Notes: generated from the letters alone by a model not told the origin. A stretch of 64,000 bases of DNA from Gracilinanus agilis (GCF_016433145.1 NC_058132.1:8523705-8587704); one strand, 5' to 3'; shown: positions 30,043 through 42,552, counted from the first letter of the stretch. Translations and numbers: made by a program.

Positions 30043-30900
30043 GCCGAGGGCTGCCCAGAACAAGTGAACAGAATCAGGGGAGTTTGGACTCGGGGATCAA
30101 GGCCCTTCTCCTTCCCCCGGCCTCAGCCTCTGCACCCCCCACCCCAGCCCCCACGTGCCCTAGAGGTGCAAAAACTACAAGTCCCATGAGGCCTCCTGGC
30201 AGAGGCGCAGCGGACCCCTACCAATGAGTCCCCGGCGTTGTTGGGAAATGTAGTTCTGTCCCACCCGCACAGCGCCGGGGAGAACCCGAAGGGAACGCTT
30301 CGGCCTCTCTCGTTTCTCTCCAGCCTTCCCTTCACAGCGACCCCAACACCCCTGCCCCCAGCAGCTTACGTCTCTCTCTACAGGGGCCGGGAGGTCGACC
30401 GGGGTTCTTGGCAATTCCGGAGCAGAGAAGGGGGAGGGAGCCCAGTAGGATGTTTCTAAGTCCTTACAGCGGCCTAAGGTCAGTCTCCAGCTTCTTCGTT
30501 GGCTCCCCGGGTTTCAATTCGTCCCTCCTCCGTCTCCAAACTAGCCAATCGAAAGGACCAACGGCTGTGTGGCGGTGTCACGTAGGGAGGCTGAGCTCCG
30601 CCCTCCAAGAGTGAGCCAGGCCGATTCTTCTTCTCTCCCAGTTTTGGCCCCGCCCCGTCGCCTTAATAGGGGAAAACCGGTTGAAGTGGGGTGGAGATGG
30701 CTACGTAACTACAACTCCCAGCAGGCTGCACGATGGAGTTTTCCGTGCTTCCATTTGATGTTTCGCCGCAAGCCTTCCTGGGAGTTGTAGTATGCCTGGT
30801 TTTACCTTCCCAAGGGAAGCTAGGGTCCCTTTAAGGAACCTAGGCGTCCCAATTCTAAGCTGGAAGTTTGAGCTAGTTGCTGGGCAGCGGACAGGGGAGG
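29800..30900. promoter_or_regulatory. NUCB1/TULP2 head-to-head promoter with five ACTACAnnTCCCA (ZNF143/THAP11-type) motifs
   Basis: Motifs at 29807-29820 (+), 30174-30186 (+), 30242-30254 (-), 30708-30720 (+), 30779-30791 (-); CpG-rich. Confidence 0.75.
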
Positions 30901-32014
30901 GGGGCTCAGTAGCTGCCAGGGAGCCCGGTAGTGGGGACCAAGAGGAGGAGGAGTAGGCCGGGGGGTGGGGGGCGGGGCAGGTCCTGGGGGGGATCACCCC
31001 CACTGGGGCTCAGAGGATCAGGGAAGCTAGTTAGCACCTAGCCCCCCACCCAGGGACCTGCCCGGCCTTGGGAGAGAGAGAGCAAGCCAGGTATGAGGGA
31101 GGAAGGACAGAGGAGGAGTTGACCAGACTGCATATCCCTTTCTTTCAGGAACCCTGAATTTGGTTCCTCCCAGTCCCCACTCTCAGTGAGACTCAGTTTC
31201 CCAAGCCCACATATTTCTGCGGTTTTAGGGACCCAAGAATCTGATTCCCTCCCCCAATATCCCCTCCCCCTTGGGATTCAGCTGTCACAACCCTTCCACT
31301 TTAGCCCCTTTAGATACTCAAAAGTTTGGGGCAAAGTTCCCAGACCTCAGAAATCTAAACCCTTGAGCTCCAGTTCATGTAAGGAACTATGAGTTTGCCC
31401 CTGGAACAGCTCCCAGCCCCTCACGTCTCATGGAGCACCCTTTCCCCTTCCAGGTCAGGAGAGAAAGCAGCTAATGTGCAGAGAGGTCATAGGCATATTG
31501 GCTGAGGGACAAAAAGAGGAAGAATGAAAGAGTGTCCCTGAGAAAGAAACGGAGAGCCTAGGAGTTAGGGGTGGAGGATGCAAGGAGCAAGCTGTGACTG
31601 GGGTCTAGGTCCAGAGGCTGAAAGCCAAGGCTTTCGCATCAAGCTGCAGAGGAAGGAGGGACTTTCCTATCCTCAATCCTTAATCACTGTTCTCCAACCT
31701 AGAAATAGATTAGCCAGGAGATCAACAGAGCACAAGCAGAAAGCAAAATAGGGGGATCAAGGCCAGGGGGCCTCCCAGAGGAGGCCTTGATATCTGAGAG
31801 GGCCCAAACCCTGATGCCACACTCCCACATCCTGAAGGGCTGAGATCAGAAGGCCATACTCCTGTGTCCTGAAGCGGGTTGAAATTGCAGGGCCATGCTC
31901 TTGGCTTCTAAGGAGGGTTGCACTGGAGGGCCACATTTCTAGGTCACTGAGAGAGGTTAGACCTCAGGAATAGGGGATCCTATATCCTGAGGCCTGATCC
32001 CTGTTATCACCAGG

Positions 32015-35000
32015 ATGTCTCAGGACAGTGACATGTGGAGGAAGGATTCGTGAGTTGCTTTTTCTGCAGGGGTCCAGGAAAGGGAGGGGGGGCTAGAGAC
32101 CATATATGCCTGTGTCCTAGTGCTAGGGAGTAGGCTAGAGAAAGGGGACTCTGGGGGAGGAAGAGATATTTGGTTCCCTAGGGTAAGGGGACTCCTGGGT
32201 CACCAGAAGACAGTGGCCAGAGTTCTTTTCCTTGTGACTTCACAGAAGATCTGCTTTGGTGGTGGTGGTGGGGGGAAACAGCCAGAAGATTTGGGGAGCC
32301 CAGCATCAGCCCCAATCTCCATGTCTCTCTTCTCAGGAGTCTGGGTGATGAGCTGGCAGCTGTGAGGCAGCAGAAGCTGGAGCAGCAGGTACCAAGTCCC
32401 CTCCCCTTACCCCTGTTCCCGACAAATCCGTGCCCCTGCCTGTTGTGTGACCTCTGATTGGCCACTATGCCTCTCTGGGCCTCAGACTTTCCCTCTGTGA
32501 AATGGGAGGGACAAGGTGAGAGCCTTGGGACTAGAGGATCTCTAAGCCCCTGAGGGCCTCCCTCAGAGGCGCCTGTTTGAGAAGAAGCAGCGGCGCAAGC
32601 GCCAGGAGCCACTGATGGTCCAGGCCAACCCCGATGCTTCCCTGCGGCCTCGGCGACCCCGGCGGCGGGAGGAGCGCGGCCCTGGGGAGAGTGGTGAGGG
32701 CTCGCTAGGGGAGACTGGAGGGCGGCCTGCTGGGCATAGAGCTTCGGCCTGTGGCCAGTGGCAGACCCACAGTCTTCCTCTAGGTCCCGGGAACCCCTTT
32801 CTCTTGGAGAACGTGCCGGAGGCACACCTACGGGCGGGCATCCGCAGCATCCAGAGCAATGTTAATTGCGGCGGTGACTGTGGCAGCGAACGCACCCTTC
32901 GCCAGATCCCAGCTGGGGCTGGTAAGTCCCGGTCGCCCAGATCTCTCCTCCTGGCAACCTTCAGACCTGCCCCTGCCTTCTGGGACCCACCTCCCCCCGG
33001 GAGCCCAGCTGGCCTTTTCCCCAAGTTGCCCCTGTCCTGGGCCCTTTCCCACTCGACCCAAGTCCCCATCAGTCAGAGATCCCGGGGGTCCAACCTCCAG
33101 CTCTCAGGTTTTACTCTGTGCTCACAGACAGCTCGGACCCAGAACTGGAGGAGGTCTCAGTGGAGGACAGCCCGGTCTCCCCACCTCCCAGCAAGGAGCT
33201 GCCTGGGACTCGGCGCCGGGGATGGCCGGCTCGGCAGCGGCAAGGTGAAGAGGGCTTTTCCGGAGGGCGGAGACACTCGGACCGAGGCCACAGTCCCTTG
33301 TTACCTCTCACCCCTACCTCCCTAGGGAGAATGGACAGTCTGCGGGAAGGCAGGTCCGCGAAGACTCCGGTGCACACAGCAGAGAAAGAGAAGGCGGTGA
33401 CGCCAGAGGAGGAGCGGGAAGGTGAGGAACCCCGGGGGGAAGGGGGCGGGCTCAGGCTGAGGGAGCACCAACGGCCCCTCCCCGCTCCAGGCCAGAACCC
33501 CGAAGTCGCCTCTCTGTCTTACTGGGCAGAGCTCGAAAGCCCCACAGAGTCCCAGACCGCGGACGAGGAACTAAGAGAGCCTAGCCTGGGCGGTAGCCAA
33601 GGATCCCAGAACGATTTGACGGAGAAAAGTAGGCCTTCGAGGCCAGGTAAGTGAGAAGCCAGGTGGCGGTGGCCACTCCGTCATCACCCCCACCCCATCC
33701 ACACAAGCGCACGCGCACACGCACATGCACACACGCGCCGTTGCTCCCTAGAAGGAGCCCTGCGTTTGGGCCGCCCACGTCAGCCCCACCACAGAGCCCC
33801 AGGCCTCCCATTGCAGCGGAAGCATTTCCAGTTGGCCAGCCCCTTAGACAAGAACCATGCAGGGATCCTGACGCCCCAGAACGCCCGACCCCCGGCATGG
33901 CAGCTCCCAGCTCGTGGATGCTACCTTGGGTCCTCCTTTGGACCCAGGAGCTCCAGCCCTCAGCGCCCTCCCCGCCTGCCCCTCCGGGACCCCAGACTTG
34001 GGAGGCCCCAACCCAGGGGTCCCGGGAGTCCCGGACCCAGCGGTCCCAGCCCCCAGTGCTCTTCCCGCCTGCTAAGGACCGACACTGCCGCCGCCACCGT
34101 TGCCCCCAGAGGAGGAGGAGGAGGAAGAGGAGGCAGAGGTGGCGGACGGTGAGGAGAGCAGGAGCTACGAGGCTTCAGATTCGGGAATAGAACGCAGCTT
34201 GCCGCGGGGCCGGGACCACGGAGACTCAGTGTCCAGCAAGGTCAGCTCCGAGTTGAAGAGGGGCCGGTGGACGAAGGGGCCAATCAGAGCTCGGAACGTG
34301 CTCGGCGGGGCGGGGCGGAGTGGAAGAAAGCGCCAATTAGAGTGCGGAACTGGCAGGCTAGCCGGCGTTTGTACTCATGGCCAATCAGGATGCAGAGCGC
34401 TAGTGAGGCGGAGGCGGGGCCACGGTGGGTGTGTCTGGGTAGGAGAACTTCGGAGTGGCATTCTCGGGGACCAGTGAGCAAAGGGAGCGCTAGGGCGGGG
34501 CGGACCGATGGATGTCACGCAGGAGCAAAGTAGCCCGGCCAAGGAACCTCGGAGGCCCCGATCTGGCACTAATTGCCGGTGTCACATTAGGGAAGTAGGG
34601 CGCGTCTCTGAGCCTCAGGTACCTTGACCTGTTATACTCGTAAGATGCCGGGAGCGAGGGTCCCCGGGCGGCCAAGGGGAGGGCAGTCCGCACGGGGCGG
34701 GACTCACACATAGGCCAACTCACAGGATGAGGAGGAGGACGAGGAGGAGGGGGCTGCGACCTTGGCGCTGGAGTCTCCCGAGGGCCCTAGGGCCAGGACT
34801 GGAGCCGGGGACACGGGAAGAGCGCCGCGCTCCCCGCCCCGCGCCCCTGCCCCGCGGCCCGACGAGGACATGGAAGCATACGTGCTGCGGCCGGCTTCTC
34901 GCGGCCGGACCGTGCAGTGCAGGATTAGCCGAGACAAGCGGGGTGTGGACAAGGGCATCTTTCCCTTCTACTACCTCTACCTGGAGACGGTAGACGGCAG

Positions 35001-37210
35001 GAAGGTGTGCCTCTGTCGGGACCCGGGAGCCCCGTGTCCCTTCCCAGGGACCCAGGAGCACAGGCCCCAAATTCCGGATTCTTCCTTTTGTGAACACTAG
35101 AGCTCTCAGGCTCCAGGCCCGTGATCCCCGCCCTGAGGCCTTAGCCCCATGGGCAGAGGCTCAACCAGATGCCCCAACCCTAGAAGTCCTAGCCCTGTGA
35201 TCCAAAATACTAGTTTCCCCCAACCTGGGAACTTGGCCGGTATCCTCCCCGGGCCACCCAAACGCTTTCCTAGGCCCGAGCAGTGTTGCTCCTCACTTTG
35301 GGCCCCCAGCCCAGCCCTCCCAGACGGACTCCCAGTCCCTGGCCCCCCAAGAGATGAATTCTCAGCCCTGCCTGTGGAGGGTGGGAGGCAGACTCTAAGA
35401 CATTTAACTGAGGACCTACACCCCCCCACCCCCACTCCTAGCATTTCCTCCTGGCTGGGCGCAAGAGGAAGAGGAGCAAAACCTCCAACTACCTCATTTC
35501 CCTGGACCCCACGGACCTGTCCCGAGATGGGGACAACTTTGTGGGCAAAGTCAGGTGGGCCAGGGCTTAAGGGGTAGAAGTCCGAGGCCTTCCCTCTACA
35601 GGCTGGAGAGAGGGGATCCTGGGTCTCTAAGGGGGGAACGGACTGGAGGAAGGGGATGCCTGGGTCCCCAGAAGTGCTTCTGAGAGAGTTGCCCAGACTC
35701 CCAGAGGTATTGTCCTACTGGCAGGTCTAATGTCCTGGGCACAAAATTCACCATCTTCGACAACGGGGTGAACCCAGAGCGGAAAACCTTCATGCCGGAG
35801 TCTACCCGGATCCGGGAAGAGCTGGGGGCTGTGTGCTATGTGAGAGCTGAGGTTTGCTCAGGGAGGGCAGAGGGAAGAAGGCGAGAAAAGGGCACAGGCA
35901 CATCCGGGGTCTTTCCGACAGGAAACCAACGTGCTGGGCTTCAGGGGCCCACGGAAGATGACGGTCATCATCCCAGGCATTGACTCCCAGAACCAGAGGC
36001 TGAAAGTCCAGCCCCAGAATGTGAGGAGGCGGGGCTGGAAGGGGAGGAGATTCCGGGGTACCGGGAGGGGTGAGGCTGAACACTCACCCATTAGATCCCA
36101 AGGGCAAGGATGGACAACTGGGCAAGGGCCCCAAGGGGAAAGCTGGGAGGCCCCCTGGGCCCCCCCCCCCAGTGAGACTGGAATCTGAGGACAAAGCACC
36201 CAATGGGTGGGCTGCCGCCAACCTGTGTGGGTGCTTGTCTTCCTCCAGGAGCAGGACTCCCTTCTGAGCCGCCTGCAGAGAGGGGCCAGCCAAGGCCTGG
36301 TCCTTCTACAGAACAAGGCCCCGTCCTGGAGTGACGAGAGTGGTGCCTACGTCCTCAACTTCCACGGGCGGGTGACTCGGGCCTCTGTCAAAAACTTCCA
36401 GATTGTGCATCCAGATGACCGTGAGCCCGGGGGCGGGGCCACAGACGGGGCGGGGCCACTAGACCGGGGGAGGGGCGGGAAAAGAGCCAGGCGAATGAAG
36501 ATTGGGGCAGCACAGCAGTCAGTCAACTAGCGCTCTGTAAGCTCTTAAGGCTGCCTCTGCCCTGAAGGAGCTCCCGGTGCAAAGCGGGAAGCTGCCCGCT
36601 AACGACTGCGTCCATGTAAGGTAGAGACAGGATCCATCGGGGAAAATCGAGAAAGGGAAGATACAACTCGCATTAATGGGGGCCCAAGAAAGGCTGCAGA
36701 GGGTGGGAATTAACTCGAAGGAAGCCAAGAAAGCCAAGACTTGAATGAGGAGGGAGACAGCATTCCAGGAATTGGCTAGGAGAGAGAGAACTAGGGCCTC
36801 AGCTCTGGGGCAGGAAGAGAGCCCGGATATCAGCCCGGACCGGGGATGAGCCCAAGAGCCTAGCTCCTACGGCCGCCACACCTTTCTCGACCCCACCTCC
36901 GTCCCCGCAGCCCTTAGGCCGGGAAGGGACCCGGACTGCAGCCCCCAGAAGCCCTTGCGACAGAGCCGATGCTGTTCTGTCCTGCTCCGAGATAGCCGCT
37001 ATGGCTTGTGGGTGTTGTAGTCCCTCGGGTCGGGATGAGGCTGCAGATCTCTGAAACTCCTTCTCCTCTCCTCCAGCTGACTACTTGGTGCTACAGTTCG
37101 GCCGCGTGTCTCCGGACACGTTCACCATGGATTTCCGATTTCCCCTCTGCCCCCTCCAAGCCTTCGCCATCTGCCTGTCCAGCTTCGATGGGAAGCTGGC
37201 GTGTGAGTGA
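32015..37210 (+). CDS. TULP2: Tubby-like protein 2, about 14 coding exons, about 615 aa
   Basis: Exons 32015-32049, 32337-32388, 32567-32693, 32784-32921, 33077(or 33128)-33244, 33326-33421, 33491-33646, 34077-34240, 34726(or 34714)-35004, 35442-35554, 35725-35839, 35922-36020, 36249-36420, 37077-37210. N-terminal [16 protein letters not shown]; tubby domain [19 protein letters not shown]...GPRKMTV...[17 protein letters not shown]...[18 protein letters not shown]. Central exons are predicted from splice phase only. Confidence 0.88.
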
Positions 37211-37246
37211 CGCCCCCCAACCCCGGCCCACGTGGGGCTGGTCCCC

Positions 37247-37252
37247 AATAAA
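37247..37252 (+). terminator. TULP2 polyadenylation signal AATAAA
   Basis: 36 nt after the stop codon. Confidence 0.75.
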
Positions 37253-38334
37253 GTGCTACCCTCCCCCCATACAATTTTCGCCTCTTCTTCCTGGTCCCAA
37301 CCCTTCCCAAGCCGGGAGGAACAAACGGAACCACAAGTCCCATGAAGCCTCTGGGCAGGCGAGGCCCTGAGAAACGCCTAGGCTGACCAGGGCCTTTTGG
37401 GAGTAGTAGTTTTTTCCTCTCCACTCCCCCCGCCCCCGGCCACTGGATCCTAGTCCCTCCCTGAGCCTCTGTTTACCAGAGAAGAAACTGAGAGCCCGGA
37501 GAGTGAAGCGACTTGCTCAAGGCCACAAAGGTGGCAGATCCGGGGTCGGTGCCTGGGTAGGATGGGGGTGGGGTATCAAGTCCCAGAGAGAGTGAGAAAC
37601 TGAGGCATGCACGAAGGCGATGACCAGCTGGGGGAGCCCCTTTACTGAATTCTTCAGTTATTTATTCCGACCTCGGGGCACTTCCTTCCCTTTCAGCTCA
37701 TCAGCCCTTCCAAACTGAGTGGAGTGAAAAGAGCTAGTGCCAGGGTCAGAGAGATATGGAGAGAGCCCAGCGGATAGAAATAAATGCAGAGACATTGATA
37801 GCCTCTGGGGAGAGAGGGGGATCAGCAAGGGGCATCACCCTGGGATACTGACAGAACAGTCCCTGCAGAGATCCTAACAAGAGAGTCACAATCAACCACA
37901 GGAGGAATCCCATCAGAGCTGCAGGTGGGGAGAGGCTGGAGAGACCAAGCCAGATTTTATGTCACACTTTTGTTTGAGACTTTCTACCTTACAGTGACCT
38001 TGGACAAACCACTTATGGCTCGGGCCTCAGTTTCCCCATCCGTAAAATGATTGGGTTGGCCTAGCTGGCCTCTGATGTCCCTTCCAGCTCTGGATCTCGC
38101 ATCCTGGACTTGATTCCACATTTGGGGCACAGCTTGCCCTCTACTGCAGGTGCTCCCTGGGCTCCCAGATGGCCTTCGAAGCTCGAACCCCACCAGCATA
38201 TCCAGATGCCCTCCACCAGCCTCCTGCCTCCCTATAGCCCTTGGTGCTCTCACTCCAAATTCCCCCAAAGCCCCCACTTCACAGTTGGCTCTGGCTCCCA
38301 TCACCACCAAGTTGTCTTAAAGACAAACTGAAGA

Positions 38335-38530
38335 AGGGGCAGCTGGGTAGCTCAGTGGAGTGAGAGTCAGGCCTAGAGACAGGAGGTCCTGGGTTCAAAC
38401 CCGGCCTCAGCCACTTCCCAGCTGTGTGACCCTGGGCAAGTCACTTGACCCCCATTGCCCACCCTTACCACTCTTCCACCTATGAGACAATACACCGAAG
38501 TACAAGGGTTTAAAAAAAAAAAAAAAAAAG
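38335..38530 (+). mobile_element. Full-length young SINE1_Mdo
   Basis: ggggcagctgggtagctcagtgg (A box)...ggttcaaacc (B box)...cctatgagacaatacaccgaag..., polyA tail, ACTGAAGA on both sides. Confidence 0.9.
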
Positions 38531-38639
38531 ACTGAAGACCTTGTGACTGCTCTGGAGCTCATCCCAATTTTCTGGATGAGATCACAGAGTGGTCCCCTAA
38601 GAAGAATGAACTGAGCCTGGTGGAAAAGGTAGGGGGCTG

Positions 38640-39500
38640 TGAGATTAGGAGGAAAAGGATCAAGGAAGGGCTCAACCCCATGCTCAGTGTTCTAGAACCA
38701 TCTCCAACATACCAAGTCTGAACTAAGTTCCCCAGCCTCCCAACCTACTCTTCCCCAAATCTCCCCCAAGCTCTGAGGGCATTGTTGTCTTCCATTCTTC
38801 CCTCTTCCTCTCCCTATATATCCAGTCACATGCCAAATATGGCTTCTTCCTCCACAATACCTTTGGCATCAACTCCAACCCTTCTAGTCATAAGACCAGG
38901 AGTGTAGTTCAGGGCCTCGTCCCTCTACTGGCCTAATGCAAAAGCCACTTCATTGCCCCGTCTGCCTCCAATGTCCCCTCTTGAGCGCTCCTCACAACTG
39001 CCCAAGTGATAATCCTGACGGACATCCCAGCTCAGGAAACCCCCCCAGGCTCCAGAATCAAATCTAGACTCTCTGTGATACATTCTACAGCAAGATTCCA
39101 GTTGCCCTTTCCAGACTATCCCTTCCCTTCCTATGTTCTATGGTCCCACCAAACAGGACTCTCTGTTGTTCTCCTTGGCCCCACCATTTCCCATCTACGA
39201 TGCCTTTGCGTTGACCATCATCCTCCATGCTTGGAATTCTCTCCTTCTCTCTCTCACTTCTTGGAATCTCTTCTCATTTGTCCTCTTCAGCATGAAGCCT
39301 TTCCTGGTCTTCCCCAACCACCACCACCCTGGCACAGGCCCAATCTAGTAGTGTCCTCTGCAAGTTAGCTTGTGTTTCCTCGGTGTGCGCTCGTACCTCT
39401 TCCGAGAGTGCCAGCTCTCAAGAGACTTTTTATTTTTTCTCTTTTTCCAGCGCGTAGCCCGACAGCCCAGTGCCTGGCACACTCACCAATGAATATTTGC
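38640..39500 (+). mobile_element. L2 LINE 3' fragment
   Basis: Pyrimidine-rich L2-like segments ending cagtgcctggcacactcaccaatgaatatttgcttgttgattg. Confidence 0.6.
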
Positions 39501-40760
39501 TTGTTGATTGGCTGAGCTCTCTAAACCCATCCCTAGCCGGCAGTCCCACCACTATCCACCCTTAGAAAAGTCGCTTTCCCAGAAGGCATTTCTTCATCCA
39601 CTGAGCCAGCAAAGAAGGAGGAGTTGGGACAAAGCATTCCCTCCAGGGCACGGGGCTCCCTCTCCCATGAGTAGACGCCATGTCCCCGGGGAGAACATGT
39701 CCAAACCCAAAGCAGAATGGCCTTCCCCATCATGGAGGTCTTCCAGCACAGTCTCTTGTTGAGTGTGCAAAGGAGGGACTTAGCCGGTGTGCACAGTTTT
39801 CCAGCTCTCTGAAGCTCTAATTCTATGTGGCCATGGGACATTGAACGACGGAGCTCCATGAATGTGGGCCATTGTCTGGACTGAGAGCAGAAATCTTAGA
39901 GCAACCAATCAACATTTATTAAGTGCCTACTATGTGCCAGGCACTGGGCTAAGAGCTGAGGATACAAATGGAGGCAAAAGATAGCCAGTCCATGACGGGT
40001 ACTTAGGTGGCTCAGGTGTTAGAAAGTCAGGCCTGGAGATGGGAGGTTCCAGGTTCAAATCTTGCCTCAAACACTTCTTAGCTGTGTGACCTTGGGAGTT
40101 TCAGGGTTCAAATCAGGTCTCAGGTACTAATTAGGTGTGTGACCCTGGACAAGTCACTTAACCATCTTGGCATATAGGATAGGGGTTAGAAATATTGGAC
40201 TTTCCCTGGGTGGTGTAGGGGATAAGAGTCCTCTGCCTCCTCTTCCCAGGTGTGTACTCCAGATTAGGAATGCTGGGAAGCCCGGCCTCTAATGAGAGAG
40301 GAGGGAGGCCCATAGTCCTCTGCTTGTTAAACCCCTGGAGATGCATTACGGAAAGCTTAGGTTGAAGTCATTTCTAGTTTTTCCCCAGGAAGTTTGGGTG
40401 CTGGGATTTGTCGCCTACCAGCACAAGAAGGGCCGAACCCAAATGCATTCTCACGAGAGCACACAGTAGGTCCTCAATAAACATCACTTAACTGCACATC
40501 CAACAAAAGTTTACTTGCTATGGATAGTTGCTCTCTTACCCCTCTGGGTGACACCCCTGGAAGGCTGGGTGGGCAGGAGCATGACTGCTGTGACTCTCAA
40601 GTTCTGAGGATCATCCCAAGGTTCCCTTCTGAGCACCACTACGGACCCTCGCCATCAGCGATCTGCCCCAGGACAACTAGCTGCTACAAGAAGCACGTAT
40701 TTACTAAGAGGCCCCCGTAAAAAAGGTAGTCCTAAAGTATTCCCCCAAATGCGGGCCCGC

Positions 40761-41262
40761 TGTGTAAATAGAAATTTTGTATCCCTGAACTACATTTCCC
40801 AGCATCCCTTTCCTTTTCGTCCCCAAGTTGCGTGCTTCCGTTGTATCCATAAAGGTGTGTGGAGCCGCCCTCGCTCTCTCTCCTGCTGGTGGTGCTCTGA
40901 GCTCTTGCTGCCCCGTGTGTGGGATCCCGGGAAGCTTTTTTCTTTCCTGAGGCTATTATTTTCCTTTTGCTTCAAGTTATTATTTTTTTTTTTAAAACCC
41001 TTACCTTCTGTCTTAGAGTCAATAACTATGTATTGGCTCCAAGGCAGAAGAGTGGTAAGGGTAGGCAATGGGGGTCAAGTGACTTGCCCAGGGTCACACA
41101 GCTGGGAAGTGTCTGAGGCCAGATTTGAACCTAGGACCTCCCGTCTCTAGGCCAGGCTCTCAATCCACTGAGCTGCCCAGCTGCCCCCTGCTTCAAGTTA
41201 TTTTTAATAAACTTCAGAAAATATAATAGTTGGAGTATCTAGATATTAATTTTAATCTCACA
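40761..41262 (+). mobile_element. Solo LTR (family A) interrupted by a reverse SINE1_Mdo at about 40990-41187
   Basis: TG...CA ends and AATAAA near the 3' end. Aligns by eye with 43328-43595 at both ends. The SINE is flanked by the duplication TGCTTCAAGTTATT. Confidence 0.7.
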
Positions 41263-42552
41263 CTGCCACTGCTTTCCCATGAAGAGAGCCAGCATCTCTG
41301 GGGTGCTGAGGCCCACATGGCGGTGGAGAGTGCCCTCCTCTGCAGGTGGCCCCCTCAGACCAACTCCAAAGATCTGGGCCTTTACTGAGTCCATAGCCAG
41401 CGCCATTTTCTGCCGCAGAAGGATCACCCATCTCACTGTATTTCTCGGTGGACCTCCCCCAGACCATCAGCCACTGCCTCTTCCCAGGCCTCCCAGAATG
41501 CATTTAGACCTTAAAGGACCCACAAGACTGCTGATCCACTCCCAAATTGGGATGCTCAGGAGATCAAGGCAGTTGGAGGAATGGTGACTTGCCCAGGGTC
41601 ACACAGCCAGCAAGTGTCTGAGACTGGATTGGAACTCAAGTCTTCCTGACTCTGGTCCATGTAAGAGGGGAAAATGGGAATTATTATGGTTGGACTAGAT
41701 ATTTAAGGTTTGGTCACCAGAAATTGATTAACTGGATTTCAAAATGAAAAAGACCCAAGTCAGGATGATTTTTATGGTGTTTTATTTAGACTTAGGAAGG
41801 TTGAAGGTAGGGAAATTGAGAGAGAAAAACTCTGGCACAGACCAGAGGCTAGAACCAGGTGGGGATTCAGAGGCCCCAGCAGAGGGGCACAGAGGTGAAT
41901 TAAACAAGGCTTCTTGCCACAAGGCCTTTTAGAATTAGAGAGGCCTCTTTGAGGCTGGAGCCTCCAGAAACACCAAGGGAAGTGAAAGAGAGTCAGCCTA
42001 ACCTACTCACATGACAATTCAAAGGGAGGCAGTCTGAGGTCTCACCAGAGATCCTTCCACACCAAGTTCAAAGCACCCAAAAGCTCCCCACAGGAAGTTA
42101 CCATCATATTTAAAAGGTAGCAGCTTTCCTCACTTCCTGCATCCACCTCCAATTTCAAGTGGACAAATGGCAGCCTCAACTCTGTTTTGGACTGCCCAAA
42201 GGGCAGTCCCTTGTTTTTGATTTGTCACTTACTGTCAGGTGTGTATCACAGACCGCCTCCTCCTCACTTAATTCTAAGTTGGGTGGGGTGACATTATTTC
42301 TGGTGGCTAAAGTCTAGAGAATGAATGAAGGTGAGCTAATTCCATTTACACAGCCAGGAGTGGCCCCCCGTGGCCTCAGGTGTCCTTGACACTCATCCCT
42401 CCTTGCCTCATCAGAGCCAAGAGCCTCAGAGAAATAATAAATGGGAAGCAGAGGAGGACTCCAGGCTGTGCCCTGGGTCTCCCAGGTGAGTGGCCTGGTC
42501 CAGGATGCTGCAGGGATGCGGCTGTTGCCTGGTTACAAGGCTCTGAGCTGCT

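Noticed and set aside
38335-38410. tRNA-like A and B boxes here and in other SINE heads
   Set aside because: tRNA-derived SINE promoters; no cloverleaf or real tRNA gene seen.
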